A stretch of DNA of 64,000 nucleotides. Origin: Candidatus Latescibacterota bacterium. GTDB taxonomy: Bacteria > Latescibacterota > UBA2968 > UBA8231. The translations under genes and the position numbers were made by a program. Location of the stretch: the NCBI GenBank assembly GCA_965203175.1, contig OZ241867.1, forward strand, positions 4,450,733 to 4,514,732, read 5' to 3'. Under the pieces are notes generated by a model. It saw only the letters and a program-made list of their open reading frames with translations. It was not told the DNA's origin and ran no database searches. Of this stretch, positions 8,377-17,292 are shown in pieces; within the stretch, counting starts at the first letter, position 1, and each line of letters starts with the position of its first letter.

Positions 8377-10023
8377 ATGAAGGCCCTTAGCCGCAGGCAA
8401 TTTTTCGGCGCGCTCGCCGCCGCTGGTAGCTGGGCTGCTTGGAGCGGTTGCTCGTCTGACCAGCAGCGGCCGATTCCTGGGCGGATCGTCAATGAAGGAC
8501 CGCCGCGTGGGCACCTGCTGCGCGATGTGCATTCCTGGGCAGACTTCGCCGCGGCTGAGCCTGCGTGCGATGTCGCCATTGTCGGCGGTGGGATCTCCGG
8601 CTTGGCTGCGGCGTGGAAGTTGCGTCGGTCGGGGGTGGAGCGGATTCTTCTCCTCGACCTTGGCGACCAGCTAGGGGGCACCAGTCGCAGTGGCCACTGG
8701 GGCGACCAGGCATTTCCCTGGGGCGCTCACTACATCAACATCCCTCCCGCCGAAGCCGACTGCATCCACGAAATACTGCAAGATCTAGGCGTCATCGACG
8801 GCTATGACGCGGCGAATAGGCCGATGGTCGCCGCTGGGACGATGCTGCGCTGGCCGCACGAGCGGCTCTTCTATCGGGGTCGCTGGGTCTCCGGGTTGGA
8901 CCCGTTTGTCGACGCATCGGGCCGGGAGCGCGAAGCATGGTTGCGCTTTGAAGACGAGATGCTGCGCTGGGTCTTGCACCGCGGCCGGGACGGGCGTCGG
9001 GCCTTTGCCATGCCTTTGCGCTACAGCACCGCCGATTCACGGGTGCGGCGTTTGGACCAGATCAGTATGGCCCAGTATCTCCGCGAAGAGGGATGGCATG
9101 ACGATCGGCTCCGCTGGCTGGTCGATTACGCCTGCCGCGACGACTACGGCAGCACGGCGGCCCAAGTCTCGGCGTGGGCCGGGATTCACTACTATGCCTG
9201 TCGATTCTACGACTACCGAGTACACGAAGCGTACCCAGCCCACACGCTGACGTGGCCCGAGGGCAATGGGCACCTAGTTGGGGAACTCGCTAATAGATTG
9301 GGGAAGCACGAAATAAAGCGACAATCTCTAGTGGCTCGTCTGGCCGAAGAACGGTCGCAGGTGCGACTGGGATACATCGACTTGGCGACCGGGGAAAAAC
9401 GGCAACTGACCGCTCGGGCAGTGGTGTACGCTGGCAAGCTCCACACAGCTCCTTATGCGATTGCAGACCTGCCGGATGCACAGGCCAAGGCCATGGCAAC
9501 CATCGAGTACAGCCCTTGGTTGGTCGCGGCGATTTTCCTCAAAGAGCCGCTTGTTGCCCAGCAGACTACTTGGGACAATGTCTTGTACGACAGCCCATCG
9601 CTGGGCTACGTGGTCGCCGACCATCAGCAGGGCGGTGGCCGCGTTTTGATGTACTATTGGCCCTTTGTCGACCAACTTGCGGACGCCCGGCACGCCTTGC
9701 TCGCGCAAGACCATTCATTCTGGACCGAACAGATCATGGCCGATTTGCTCCGCGTCCACCCGGAGCTAGACGACCTCGTAGAGCGCATCGATTTGTATCG
9801 CTGGGGGCACGGGATGATGCGGCCCAGTCCCGGGTCGCTATGGGGGCCGATGGCTGGTTGGCGGCAGCAGCCAATGGAGCGGATATTTTTTGCTTCGTGC
9901 GATGCGACTGGGCTGCCCCTGTGCGAAGAAGCCATATTTTCCGGTATGCTGGCGGCGGAGCAAGCTATGGACTGTCTCGGCGTGGCGTATTCTTCCTCGT
10001 TGGGAGGGCTTGCGGATGCCTAG
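8377..10023 (+). CDS. FAD-dependent amine-oxidase-like oxidoreductase, Tat-exported lipoprotein
   Basis: Twin-arginine SRRQFF plus lipobox WSGC. Dinucleotide fold DVAIVGGGISGLAAAWKL. Confidence 0.8.
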   Translation: MKALSRRQFFGALAAAGSWAAWSGCSSDQQRPIPGRIVNEGPPRGHLLRDVHSWADFAAAEPACDVAIVGGGISGLAAAWKLRRSGVERILLLDLGDQLGGTSRSGHWGDQAFPWGAHYINIPPAEADCIHEILQDLGVIDGYDAANRPMVAAGTMLRWPHERLFYRGRWVSGLDPFVDASGREREAWLRFEDEMLRWVLHRGRDGRRAFAMPLRYSTADSRVRRLDQISMAQYLREEGWHDDRLRWLVDYACRDDYGSTAAQVSAWAGIHYYACRFYDYRVHEAYPAHTLTWPEGNGHLVGELANRLGKHEIKRQSLVARLAEERSQVRLGYIDLATGEKRQLTARAVVYAGKLHTAPYAIADLPDAQAKAMATIEYSPWLVAAIFLKEPLVAQQTTWDNVLYDSPSLGYVVADHQQGGGRVLMYYWPFVDQLADARHALLAQDHSFWTEQIMADLLRVHPELDDLVERIDLYRWGHGMMRPSPGSLWGPMAGWRQQPMERIFFASCDATGLPLCEEAIFSGMLAAEQAMDCLGVAYSSSLGGLADA

Positions 10024-11536
10024 GCTGGGTGCGCTGTTTTTGCTGGTGGCCATTTTCTCGGCTGCTGTCTGCGCCATCGTCTATCAGTTGCTCATCGGCA
10101 GTGTGTCGTCCTACTTCCTCGGCAATAGCGTCGAGCAGTTTTCCTTGACCATCGGCTTTTTTCTCGCTGCGATGGGGCTTGGCTCTTGGCTTTCGCGCTT
10201 TGTCGCCGACGACTTGCTGTTGACGCGGCTAGCCCAGCTAGAGATTTGGCTGGGGCTTTTGGGTGGGGTTTCGGTTGGCGTGCTCTACGTGCTCTACGGA
10301 TACACCGACCACTTTAGGGCCGGCATGTTGGCGTTGAGCGTTGCGATTGGCGCATTGATCGGCCTAGAAGTGCCGCTGATCACCCGGCTTTTGCGCGGGC
10401 ACGGTACGCTGCGTGCGGCGTTATCGAATGTTTTGTCCCTTGATTATCTGGGGGCCTTGTTGGCTTCATTGCTCTTCCCGTACATCCTGTTGCCCTTCCT
10501 CGGCAGCCTGCACACAGCGTTGGTCGCCGGCTTGGTCAACGCCGGCCTCGGCCTCGGCGTGGTGCTTGCATTTAAGGGGGTATTGCTAGAGCAACGCGCC
10601 TTCCACTCTCTAGGGACGCAAGCGCTTGTGGTTATCGCGGTGCTTGGGGCGTTGGCTTGGCAAGGGGAAGGGTTGCGGGCGCGGTGGGAAAGCGACCTCT
10701 ACGAGGACCGCATCATCCACAGCGAGCAATCGGCCTACCAGCAAATTGTCTTGACTCGGCGCGACGATCACCTGCGGCTTTATCTCAACGGGCACTTGCA
10801 ATTCGCTTCCATTGACGAACACCGCTACCACGAGGCCCTAGTCCATCCGGCTATGGCGCTGGCTCCCTCCCGCGAAAGGGTGCTCATCATCGGGGGAGGG
10901 GACGGCCTGACGGCGCGGGAAGTGCTCAAGTACAAGGAGGTTGAGCACGTCGATTTAGTCGATCTCGACCCGGCAGTGACCCTGTTAGCCCAGCGCAACA
11001 TCTACCTGACAAGGCTCAACGACAATGCTTTAAATCGCCGCCAAGTCCGCGTGGTCAACGAAGATGGCTTTGTCTTTTTGCAACACGAGCACGTGCCGTA
11101 TGGCGCAATACTAATCGACTTACCCGATCCCCGCGAGGAGAGCTTGGCCAAGCTCTATTCGGTCGAGGCCTATAGGCTGTGTCGAAAATTGCTCAGCCCA
11201 CAAGGCGTCATGGCGACCCAAGCTTCTAGTCCATATTACGCCCGCGAGGCGTACTGGAGCATTGCCGCCGCTTTGGAGGAAGCCGGCTTTGCCGTCCACT
11301 CCTATCACTTGCACGTGCCCTCTTTTGGCGAGTGGGGGTTCCACTTGGCGGGACCCGCAGGGCTAGATCCGACAGCAGTCGCCTTTGCCGTTCCCACGCG
11401 CTATATCGACCGCCAAGTCTGGGATGCCCTCTCGGTGTTCGACGGCGATATGGCCCGCTTACCCGTGCAGGCCAACCGACTTGATAGACCGGTGCTGGCG
11501 CGTTATTATCGACGGGGTTGGGGCACTCAGTTTTGA
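10016..11536 (+). CDS. membrane-anchored spermidine/spermine synthase-like aminopropyltransferase
   Basis: About 7 N-terminal TM helices, then a SpeE-like domain (VLIIGGGDGLTAREVLKY, DLVDLDP, IDLPDP). ATG 10016 overlaps the upstream stop by 8 nt. Confidence 0.85.
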   Translation: MPRLGALFLLVAIFSAAVCAIVYQLLIGSVSSYFLGNSVEQFSLTIGFFLAAMGLGSWLSRFVADDLLLTRLAQLEIWLGLLGGVSVGVLYVLYGYTDHFRAGMLALSVAIGALIGLEVPLITRLLRGHGTLRAALSNVLSLDYLGALLASLLFPYILLPFLGSLHTALVAGLVNAGLGLGVVLAFKGVLLEQRAFHSLGTQALVVIAVLGALAWQGEGLRARWESDLYEDRIIHSEQSAYQQIVLTRRDDHLRLYLNGHLQFASIDEHRYHEALVHPAMALAPSRERVLIIGGGDGLTAREVLKYKEVEHVDLVDLDPAVTLLAQRNIYLTRLNDNALNRRQVRVVNEDGFVFLQHEHVPYGAILIDLPDPREESLAKLYSVEAYRLCRKLLSPQGVMATQASSPYYAREAYWSIAAALEEAGFAVHSYHLHVPSFGEWGFHLAGPAGLDPTAVAFAVPTRYIDRQVWDALSVFDGDMARLPVQANRLDRPVLARYYRRGWGTQF

Positions 11537-11549
11537 AAGGAAATGCCAG

Positions 11550-12098
11550 ATGGGTTTAAGGAAATGGTTCGGTGGTCGCCAAGACGAGGAAGAACCGACC
11601 TATCAGGAGTATTCGCTGAGCACCATGAAAGTGGGCTTCCTAGTCGATTACGACCTCAAAACTTGGCAAGTCACAGGCCGTGGCAGCTATGACTACGACG
11701 GCTATACTACCGAGGAATGGGAATTGCAGGCCGATGGTCAAGTGTGCTTCCTCGAACGCGCCGTAGAAGACGGCAAAGCCTATTGGACCTTGACGCGGGC
11801 GATTGGCATCGACGAGATCGATGGCGATATTGCGGCGGCGATTATCGCCGATGGCGATCCGCCTGAAGCTGTACGGTTTGAGGGTGATGAATACGTGGGG
11901 AGCACGAGCGACGCGGGTCTGTATCGCAAAGACGGCACCGATGCGGAGCGCGAGTTTGTCAACTGGTCGTTTGAAGGGGAAGAGGGCAAGGTGCTTTTTA
12001 TTAGCCAGTGGGGCGAGCGCGATTTTGCCGCGTACGCAGGCTTGGAGGTAGAAGAATACCAATTCACCGACATTTTGCCGGTGGAGGAGGGCACTTGA
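11550..12098 (+). CDS. DUF4178 / YjfK-like protein
   Basis: Pattern YQEYSL...WQV...EEWEL...YWTL typical of DUF4178. Position matches yjf-type clusters. Confidence 0.65.
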   Translation: MGLRKWFGGRQDEEEPTYQEYSLSTMKVGFLVDYDLKTWQVTGRGSYDYDGYTTEEWELQADGQVCFLERAVEDGKAYWTLTRAIGIDEIDGDIAAAIIADGDPPEAVRFEGDEYVGSTSDAGLYRKDGTDAEREFVNWSFEGEEGKVLFISQWGERDFAAYAGLEVEEYQFTDILPVEEGT

Positions 12099-12099
12099 A

Positions 12100-12804
12100 A
12101 TGGCTTGGCGCGTAGCGGCCTTAGCTCTGTGGGGCCTGATTGCCTGCGGGTCAAAAGACCCAGTGCGAGAATTGGTGCGCGACTTAGATCGCTATCCCGA
12201 GTACTCGCTGATCGTCGATGATGCCCGCATCGAAGACCCCTCGTTTTTTCCCGACTACTTCCTCCGCTTTCAGATATTAACCGCTTCGGGACAGCGCGTC
12301 GCCGGGCGCGATACCATCGTGTACGAGAAGCGCCGTACGGATTGGATGGAAGTCCGCGAAGAGACCTTCTACCGCTACGACAACTACGTTGGCATGGTTG
12401 TGGCCTCCAAGTCGCTGGACGGCCGCCGCACCGGCACTAGTCAAGCGCACCCGCCCGGTTATCAGTACGTCGGCAATCCCCAGTACGGGTTTTGGGGAGG
12501 GGGCGGGTTTTGGCAATTTTACGGCCAGTACGCGCTGATGCGCGACTTGATGGGAGGGTGGGGCGTTGGCCGGGGCGATTGGGAGGACTACCGCCGCAAT
12601 CGGGAACGGGGCCGCACGTACTACGGGCCGGTGAAAGACGGCCGGCCCACCTTTGGGTCGCGCGGTTCGCAGACCCAAAAGACGCGACCGCAATTCTACC
12701 AGCGTCAGGCAAGCCGCCGCCAGGCCTTTAGTGGCCAGGTCAAAAACCGCATGGGCCGCACCACCTCCGGGTGGGGACGCGGTTCCTCGCGCTTTGGAAA
12801 ATAG
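12100..12804 (+). CDS. YjfM-like (DUF1190) lipoprotein with Gly/Arg-rich tail
   Basis: Lipobox LIAC. FWQFYGQYALMRDLMGG and the C-terminal GWGRGSSRFG resemble E. coli YjfM segments. Confidence 0.6.
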   Translation: MAWRVAALALWGLIACGSKDPVRELVRDLDRYPEYSLIVDDARIEDPSFFPDYFLRFQILTASGQRVAGRDTIVYEKRRTDWMEVREETFYRYDNYVGMVVASKSLDGRRTGTSQAHPPGYQYVGNPQYGFWGGGGFWQFYGQYALMRDLMGGWGVGRGDWEDYRRNRERGRTYYGPVKDGRPTFGSRGSQTQKTRPQFYQRQASRRQAFSGQVKNRMGRTTSGWGRGSSRFGK

Positions 12805-12813
12805 GGGGAACCA

Positions 12814-13656
12814 GTGGATACTTTAATGACTATGGCTCAGACCCTAGTCTATCTCTTAGAGGCTTTCGTCCTGCTCTTTGTTGCCAAGCAGGCCTATGCC
12901 CGGGTTTTTCGCCGGGTCAATCTCAAGGACGAACTCTACGGCCGAAACAACCACGCGATGGCCGTTGCGGTGGGTGGTTATTTCTTTGGGATTTGCCTAG
13001 CGCTGGGGGGGGCGTTGAGCGGCCCTTCGCTCGGCTGGCAAGCCGACCTGATTGGCATCGCCCAGTACGGCCTCTTGGCAATTGTCTTGATGCTCGTCGC
13101 CGGTGTGCTCTGCGAGCGAGTGCTTCTACCTCACTTCAATAACCGCAAGGAGGTCGTCGAGGATCAGAATATGGGGACGGCCTTTGTCGAGGCGGGGATG
13201 CACATTGCCAATGGCTTGATTGTTCTGGCTATCGTGCAGGGCGAGGGGCCCCTGTGGAGCGGCGTGGCCTTCTGGCTATTGGCTCAAGTGGTGCTAATAG
13301 TGGCCGGGCTGCTCTACGAGTGGATTACCCCGCATTCGGTTCACAGCGAACTAGAGCGCGATAATGCCGCAGTTGGCTTGGCGTTTGGCGGCGTGTTGGT
13401 AGGCATGGGCAACATCGTCAGCATCGCCGTGGCCGGAGACTACGCAGGGTGGCTCATCGGCCTCAAAACCTTTGGCATGGATGCGGTCTTTGGTTTTGTC
13501 GCGCTCTACGCCATCCACAAGTTGACTGATGTGCTTCTAGCTCCCAAAGTGAGCTTGGGTGCCGAACAGATAGAGGAGCAGCCGAATGTGGGGGCCGGGC
13601 TGATAGAGGCCTTCGGCTACGTGGGTGGATCGACCCTAATCGTCTGGATTTTCTGA
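12814..13656 (+). CDS. YjfL-like membrane protein with four DUF350 repeats
   Basis: Four repeats of the DUF350 pattern (e.g. LKDELYGRNNHAMAVAVGG, VHSELERDNAAVGLAFGG). Confidence 0.75.
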   Translation: MDTLMTMAQTLVYLLEAFVLLFVAKQAYARVFRRVNLKDELYGRNNHAMAVAVGGYFFGICLALGGALSGPSLGWQADLIGIAQYGLLAIVLMLVAGVLCERVLLPHFNNRKEVVEDQNMGTAFVEAGMHIANGLIVLAIVQGEGPLWSGVAFWLLAQVVLIVAGLLYEWITPHSVHSELERDNAAVGLAFGGVLVGMGNIVSIAVAGDYAGWLIGLKTFGMDAVFGFVALYAIHKLTDVLLAPKVSLGAEQIEEQPNVGAGLIEAFGYVGGSTLIVWIF

Positions 13657-14670
13657 ACTATCCCGTCGGCTCCGCTGCCATTGCCACAGCAGAGTTGGAC
13701 CACCGACGAAGACATAGGTCAGAGTTGCTAAAGCATGGGTCAACGTAGCGCAGGCCAAAGCGGTGGCAAGGGGCACCGTATAGAGGCGGTGCATGGCCTC
13801 ACCGAAGAGGAGGTGATACGAACCGATCGCCCCAGGCGTCGGAACAATCACTCCTATAGACGATATGGCCATGATCACCAGCGCGGCGGCGGCGTCGAGG
13901 TCGTATGTTTGGTGCAAGCCCATGCCGATAAAAGCCGCGTAGACAATGAACACGTAGGCCGCGTTGAGCAGGATTGAGCTAACTAGGATTTCAAAATACG
14001 CCGTCGGCTGTTGCCGCAGGGCGGAAAGCCCGCCGATGAAGGTTTCGATGATTTCGAGGACCCGCTCGCCGCGTCCCCAAGCGATCCGCGTGAGCAGCGG
14101 ACGCATTCCAGCCAAAATTTTTTCCCGATAAACCGATACCAAAACCAAGGCGCTCAGCGCGATCAAGCAGCCGGCTAGGGCCAACAGACCGATGGTGTCC
14201 CGATCTGCATTGACCGGCATCCAAAGCACGGGCAGGGCAATATCTACATAGACGATGAGCCAGAACAAGACGATGAGCCAAAACAGATCTAGAATGCGCT
14301 CCACCACGATCGTGGCCATTAGGGCGCTGATGCTCGCCCCGGTGGTCCACTTGAGGCTGACGCACCGCAAGACCTCGCCTGAGCGCGGCACGACCACATT
14401 GGCTGCATAGCATATAGCTAGGGCAAGCGACGCGTTGAGGTTGTTCACTTGCGGCGCAAAAGGACGCATCAGGACCATCCAGCGCCAAGCCCGCAATACC
14501 AAGGTCCCCAGCGTTGCGACGCACATGACAGCGGCCCAAACCGGCGAAATACCGGTCATGGCATCCCAGAGTTCCCCGCGGTTTATCCCCTCAAAGGCCC
14601 AATAAATAAAAAGCCCCATCAAGCCTAGGCTTAGCCCATACTGGAGGATTTGTTTCAGTATTTTGTGCAT
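13636..14670 (-). CDS. UPF0104 / lysyl-PG-synthase-TM (flippase-like) family membrane protein
   Basis: About 8 TM helices. The N-terminal ...LRAWRWMVLMRPF pattern is typical of the family. Convergent 21-nt overlap with the DUF350 gene. Confidence 0.7.
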   Translation of the reverse strand: MHKILKQILQYGLSLGLMGLFIYWAFEGINRGELWDAMTGISPVWAAVMCVATLGTLVLRAWRWMVLMRPFAPQVNNLNASLALAICYAANVVVPRSGEVLRCVSLKWTTGASISALMATIVVERILDLFWLIVLFWLIVYVDIALPVLWMPVNADRDTIGLLALAGCLIALSALVLVSVYREKILAGMRPLLTRIAWGRGERVLEIIETFIGGLSALRQQPTAYFEILVSSILLNAAYVFIVYAAFIGMGLHQTYDLDAAAALVIMAISSIGVIVPTPGAIGSYHLLFGEAMHRLYTVPLATALACATLTHALATLTYVFVGGPTLLWQWQRSRRDSSENPDD

Positions 14671-14758
14671 CGCACTGGCAAACGCAAAACAGGGGATCTG
14701 ACGATCCCCTGGTGCATGGCGGAAGGAGTTTGAATAGGCTGGGTAGGTTTGTGCAAGC

Positions 14759-15373
14759 CTATATGGATTGAATTTTGCCCATTTTCTCTAATAGGTCAAT
14801 AACCTGCGCGGCGGCCTCCGCAGGGGTTGCTGTGTCAGTTTCGATGACCAGTTCGGGACTTTCAGGCTCCTCATAGGGGTCTGAAACACCAGTAAAGTTG
14901 GGTATTTCACCGGCTTGTGCCTTTTTGTAGAGGCCTTTGGGATCGCGCTCGGCGCATACTTCGACCGGGGCGTTGACGAAAATTTCGACGAAATCATCCT
15001 CTGCCATCAGGTCCCGCACTCCATCGCGGTCGGCTCGATAGGGGCTGACAAAGCTAGCAAGGGTTAGGAAGCCCCCATCGACAAAGAGCTTTCCTACCTC
15101 GCCGATCCGCCGGATATTTTCCGCCCGGTCGTCAGCAGAAAAGCCCAAATTTTTATTGAGCCCAAAGCGGATGTTGTCCCCGTCTAGCACATAGGCCAAA
15201 TGGCCGCGGGCGGCCAAGGCGTGTTCAACCGTATAGGCAATCGTGCTTTTGCCCGAACTCGGCAAGCCCGTCAGCCAGAGCAATACCCCTTGTTGGTGCA
15301 ACAGGCGTTCGCGTTGCTCGCGGCTGACATGGCCTTCGTGCCGGACGATATTGGTCGCTTTAATAGCGGTCAA
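14759..15373 (-). CDS. cysC: adenylylsulfate (APS) kinase
   Basis: P-loop GLPSSGKST, LDGDNIR, ENIRRIGEV. TTG start with a GAGGTGA RBS. Confidence 0.92.
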   Translation of the reverse strand: MTAIKATNIVRHEGHVSREQRERLLHQQGVLLWLTGLPSSGKSTIAYTVEHALAARGHLAYVLDGDNIRFGLNKNLGFSADDRAENIRRIGEVGKLFVDGGFLTLASFVSPYRADRDGVRDLMAEDDFVEIFVNAPVEVCAERDPKGLYKKAQAGEIPNFTGVSDPYEEPESPELVIETDTATPAEAAAQVIDLLEKMGKIQSI

Positions 15374-15483
15374 AGTTCACCTCGTGAGTTTAGAGATACA
15401 TTCCATAAGAAAACTCATAATAACGACCATACAGCCTTGATTCGTCAAGGAATTGGCAAAGGCGCGGGTGGAGCTATTTTTAA

Positions 15484-15513
15484 TTGACTGTTGATAGTTT
15501 GTATATTTATAAT
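15484..15513 (+). promoter_or_regulatory. sigma70-like promoter candidate for the outer-membrane protein gene
   Basis: TTGACT (15484-15489), 17-18 nt spacer, then TTATAAT. Confidence 0.4.
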
Positions 15514-15567
15514 AAAGTTAGTGATACACAGTACAAGCGCATCTCACCAAGTGGAGGAGGCAAGCAT

Positions 15568-16494
15568 ATGAAAATTGCAATTAGCATAACCTGCGCGGCC
15601 CTGCTGGCAACGGCAAGCGAGGGTGTTGTCAACATTCAGAATGTGGGTTCGGGCGCTCGTGCGCAGGGGTTGGGCAACAGCTTTGTGGCGGTGGCCGACA
15701 ATGCGGATGCGGTGTTTGCCAATCCGGCGGGGTTGGGTCAGGTGTCTCAGCGTCAGGTGTCGTATACGAATGTGTCTCTTTTGTATGCGGGCATTGAAGG
15801 CGACGACTTGGGTCAGCACGTGGTGTCCTATGCGCAGCCATTGGGCGATGCGATGGGTTTAGGGTTGGGCTATGAGCGGATTGGCTCGTCTTTGATGAGC
15901 GAGAATGGGGCGTTTGTGTCGCTGTCGTATCAGGTTCAGCGTCGGCTGCAGGTGGGTGTTTCGGCCAAGTATTTGTTTTGGAGTGTGGGGGCCATTCCCG
16001 ACGACGATGGTCGGGCGGATCCGCTTTCGAACCAGAGTGCGGGCAACGTCGGGGTGGATTTGGGTTTGTTGTGGCAGAGTCCGGTTCAAGGGGCGCAGGT
16101 GGGGGTGTTGTTGAAGAATATCAATCAGCCGAATGTGGCCTATGGCGAGGTGGCCGGGGATGCGGATGCGGGTGCGTTGCCGATGGATGTGCACGTGGGG
16201 GTTGGGTATCGCCTGAGCAGTCAGTCGTTGGTGTCGGTTCAGTATGTGCGTCGCGACTTGATGGGGGAGGGATCGGATGACGGGTTAGTGGTTGGTGGGG
16301 AGACGCAGTTGGTGGAGGGGTTGTTGTTGCGGGCGGGGGGTCGTCGTTTGTTGTCGGAGGATGCGGGTGGGGGGTTGAATGCGGGTTTGGGCTATCAGTG
16401 GAACCAGTTGGTGTTCGACTATGCGTATGACATTGGTTTGGATTTGACCGAAACCAATGGCGCCCACCGGTTCTCCTTCGCATACGAATTCTAA
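15568..16494 (+). CDS. outer-membrane beta-barrel protein (PorV/FadL-like)
   Basis: Signal peptide, GLGNSFVAVADNADAVFANPAGL motif, alternating beta-strand pattern, C-terminal ...FSFAYEF. GGAGGAGG RBS. Confidence 0.75.
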   Translation: MKIAISITCAALLATASEGVVNIQNVGSGARAQGLGNSFVAVADNADAVFANPAGLGQVSQRQVSYTNVSLLYAGIEGDDLGQHVVSYAQPLGDAMGLGLGYERIGSSLMSENGAFVSLSYQVQRRLQVGVSAKYLFWSVGAIPDDDGRADPLSNQSAGNVGVDLGLLWQSPVQGAQVGVLLKNINQPNVAYGEVAGDADAGALPMDVHVGVGYRLSSQSLVSVQYVRRDLMGEGSDDGLVVGGETQLVEGLLLRAGGRRLLSEDAGGGLNAGLGYQWNQLVFDYAYDIGLDLTETNGAHRFSFAYEF

Positions 16495-16516
16495 TACCAA
16501 AAAAAGCCCGGAAGAC

Positions 16517-16547
16517 AAAAGGCCGTCCCGCTTTGGGGGACGGCCTT
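16517..16547. terminator. bidirectional terminator hairpin between the OMP gene and pyrH
   Basis: AAAGGCCGTCCC / GGGACGGCCTTT 12-bp stem flanked by A- and T-runs. Confidence 0.7.
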
Positions 16548-16552
16548 TTCCT

Positions 16553-17287
16553 TTATTCTACGACGTCTTCATCCACATCCGTCACTAAGGTGCCTATGTC
16601 CTGGCCGCGGCAGATGTGCTCTATGGTTCCCTTGTCAGAGAAGTCAAAAAAGTGCATGGGCATCTTGTGATCGCGCGCCAACAAGACTGAGGATTGATCG
16701 GCGATGGTGAGGTTTTTTTGAATGATCGTGTTGTAGTGCATCTGCCGATACAGCCTCGCTTGGGGATCGGTCTGGGGATCGGAAGTAAAAATGCCGCTGA
16801 CTTGGTTCTTGGCAAAAAGCAGGGCTTGGGAGCGCGTCTCAATCGCACGCTGAGCTGCCGTGTAGTCCGTAGTGACGTACGGATTGCCAATGCCGGCGGC
16901 AAAGATGACGATGTAGTGCTTCTCTAGATGGCGGATCGCGCGCAGCCGGATAAACGGCTCGGCCACTGTATTGATGGGAATGGCGCTCATTACCCGGACT
17001 TCGACATTGGATTTAGAGGTGAGGACCCCGCGCAGCATCAGGCTGTTGATCACCGTCCCCATCGTGCCAATGTTGTCGGCTTCGGCCCGTTCAATGCCCC
17101 ACTGGCTGGCGAGCGTCCCGCGGAATATATTGCCGCCGCCGATGACGATGGATATTTCAACCCCACAGGCGTTCAAGTTGAGGATTTCGTCGGCAATGTG
17201 CTCTAGGGATTCGGGGTCGAAGCTCACATCGTGCGTACCGGATATGGCTTCTCCGCTCAGCTTGAGCAGGACTCGATTGTATCGCAT
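16553..17287 (-). CDS. pyrH: UMP kinase
   Basis: LKLSGE and GGGNIFRG motifs, 244 aa. Confidence 0.9.
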   Translation of the reverse strand: MRYNRVLLKLSGEAISGTHDVSFDPESLEHIADEILNLNACGVEISIVIGGGNIFRGTLASQWGIERAEADNIGTMGTVINSLMLRGVLTSKSNVEVRVMSAIPINTVAEPFIRLRAIRHLEKHYIVIFAAGIGNPYVTTDYTAAQRAIETRSQALLFAKNQVSGIFTSDPQTDPQARLYRQMHYNTIIQKNLTIADQSSVLLARDHKMPMHFFDFSDKGTIEHICRGQDIGTLVTDVDEDVVE

Positions 17288-17292
17288 GGAGG

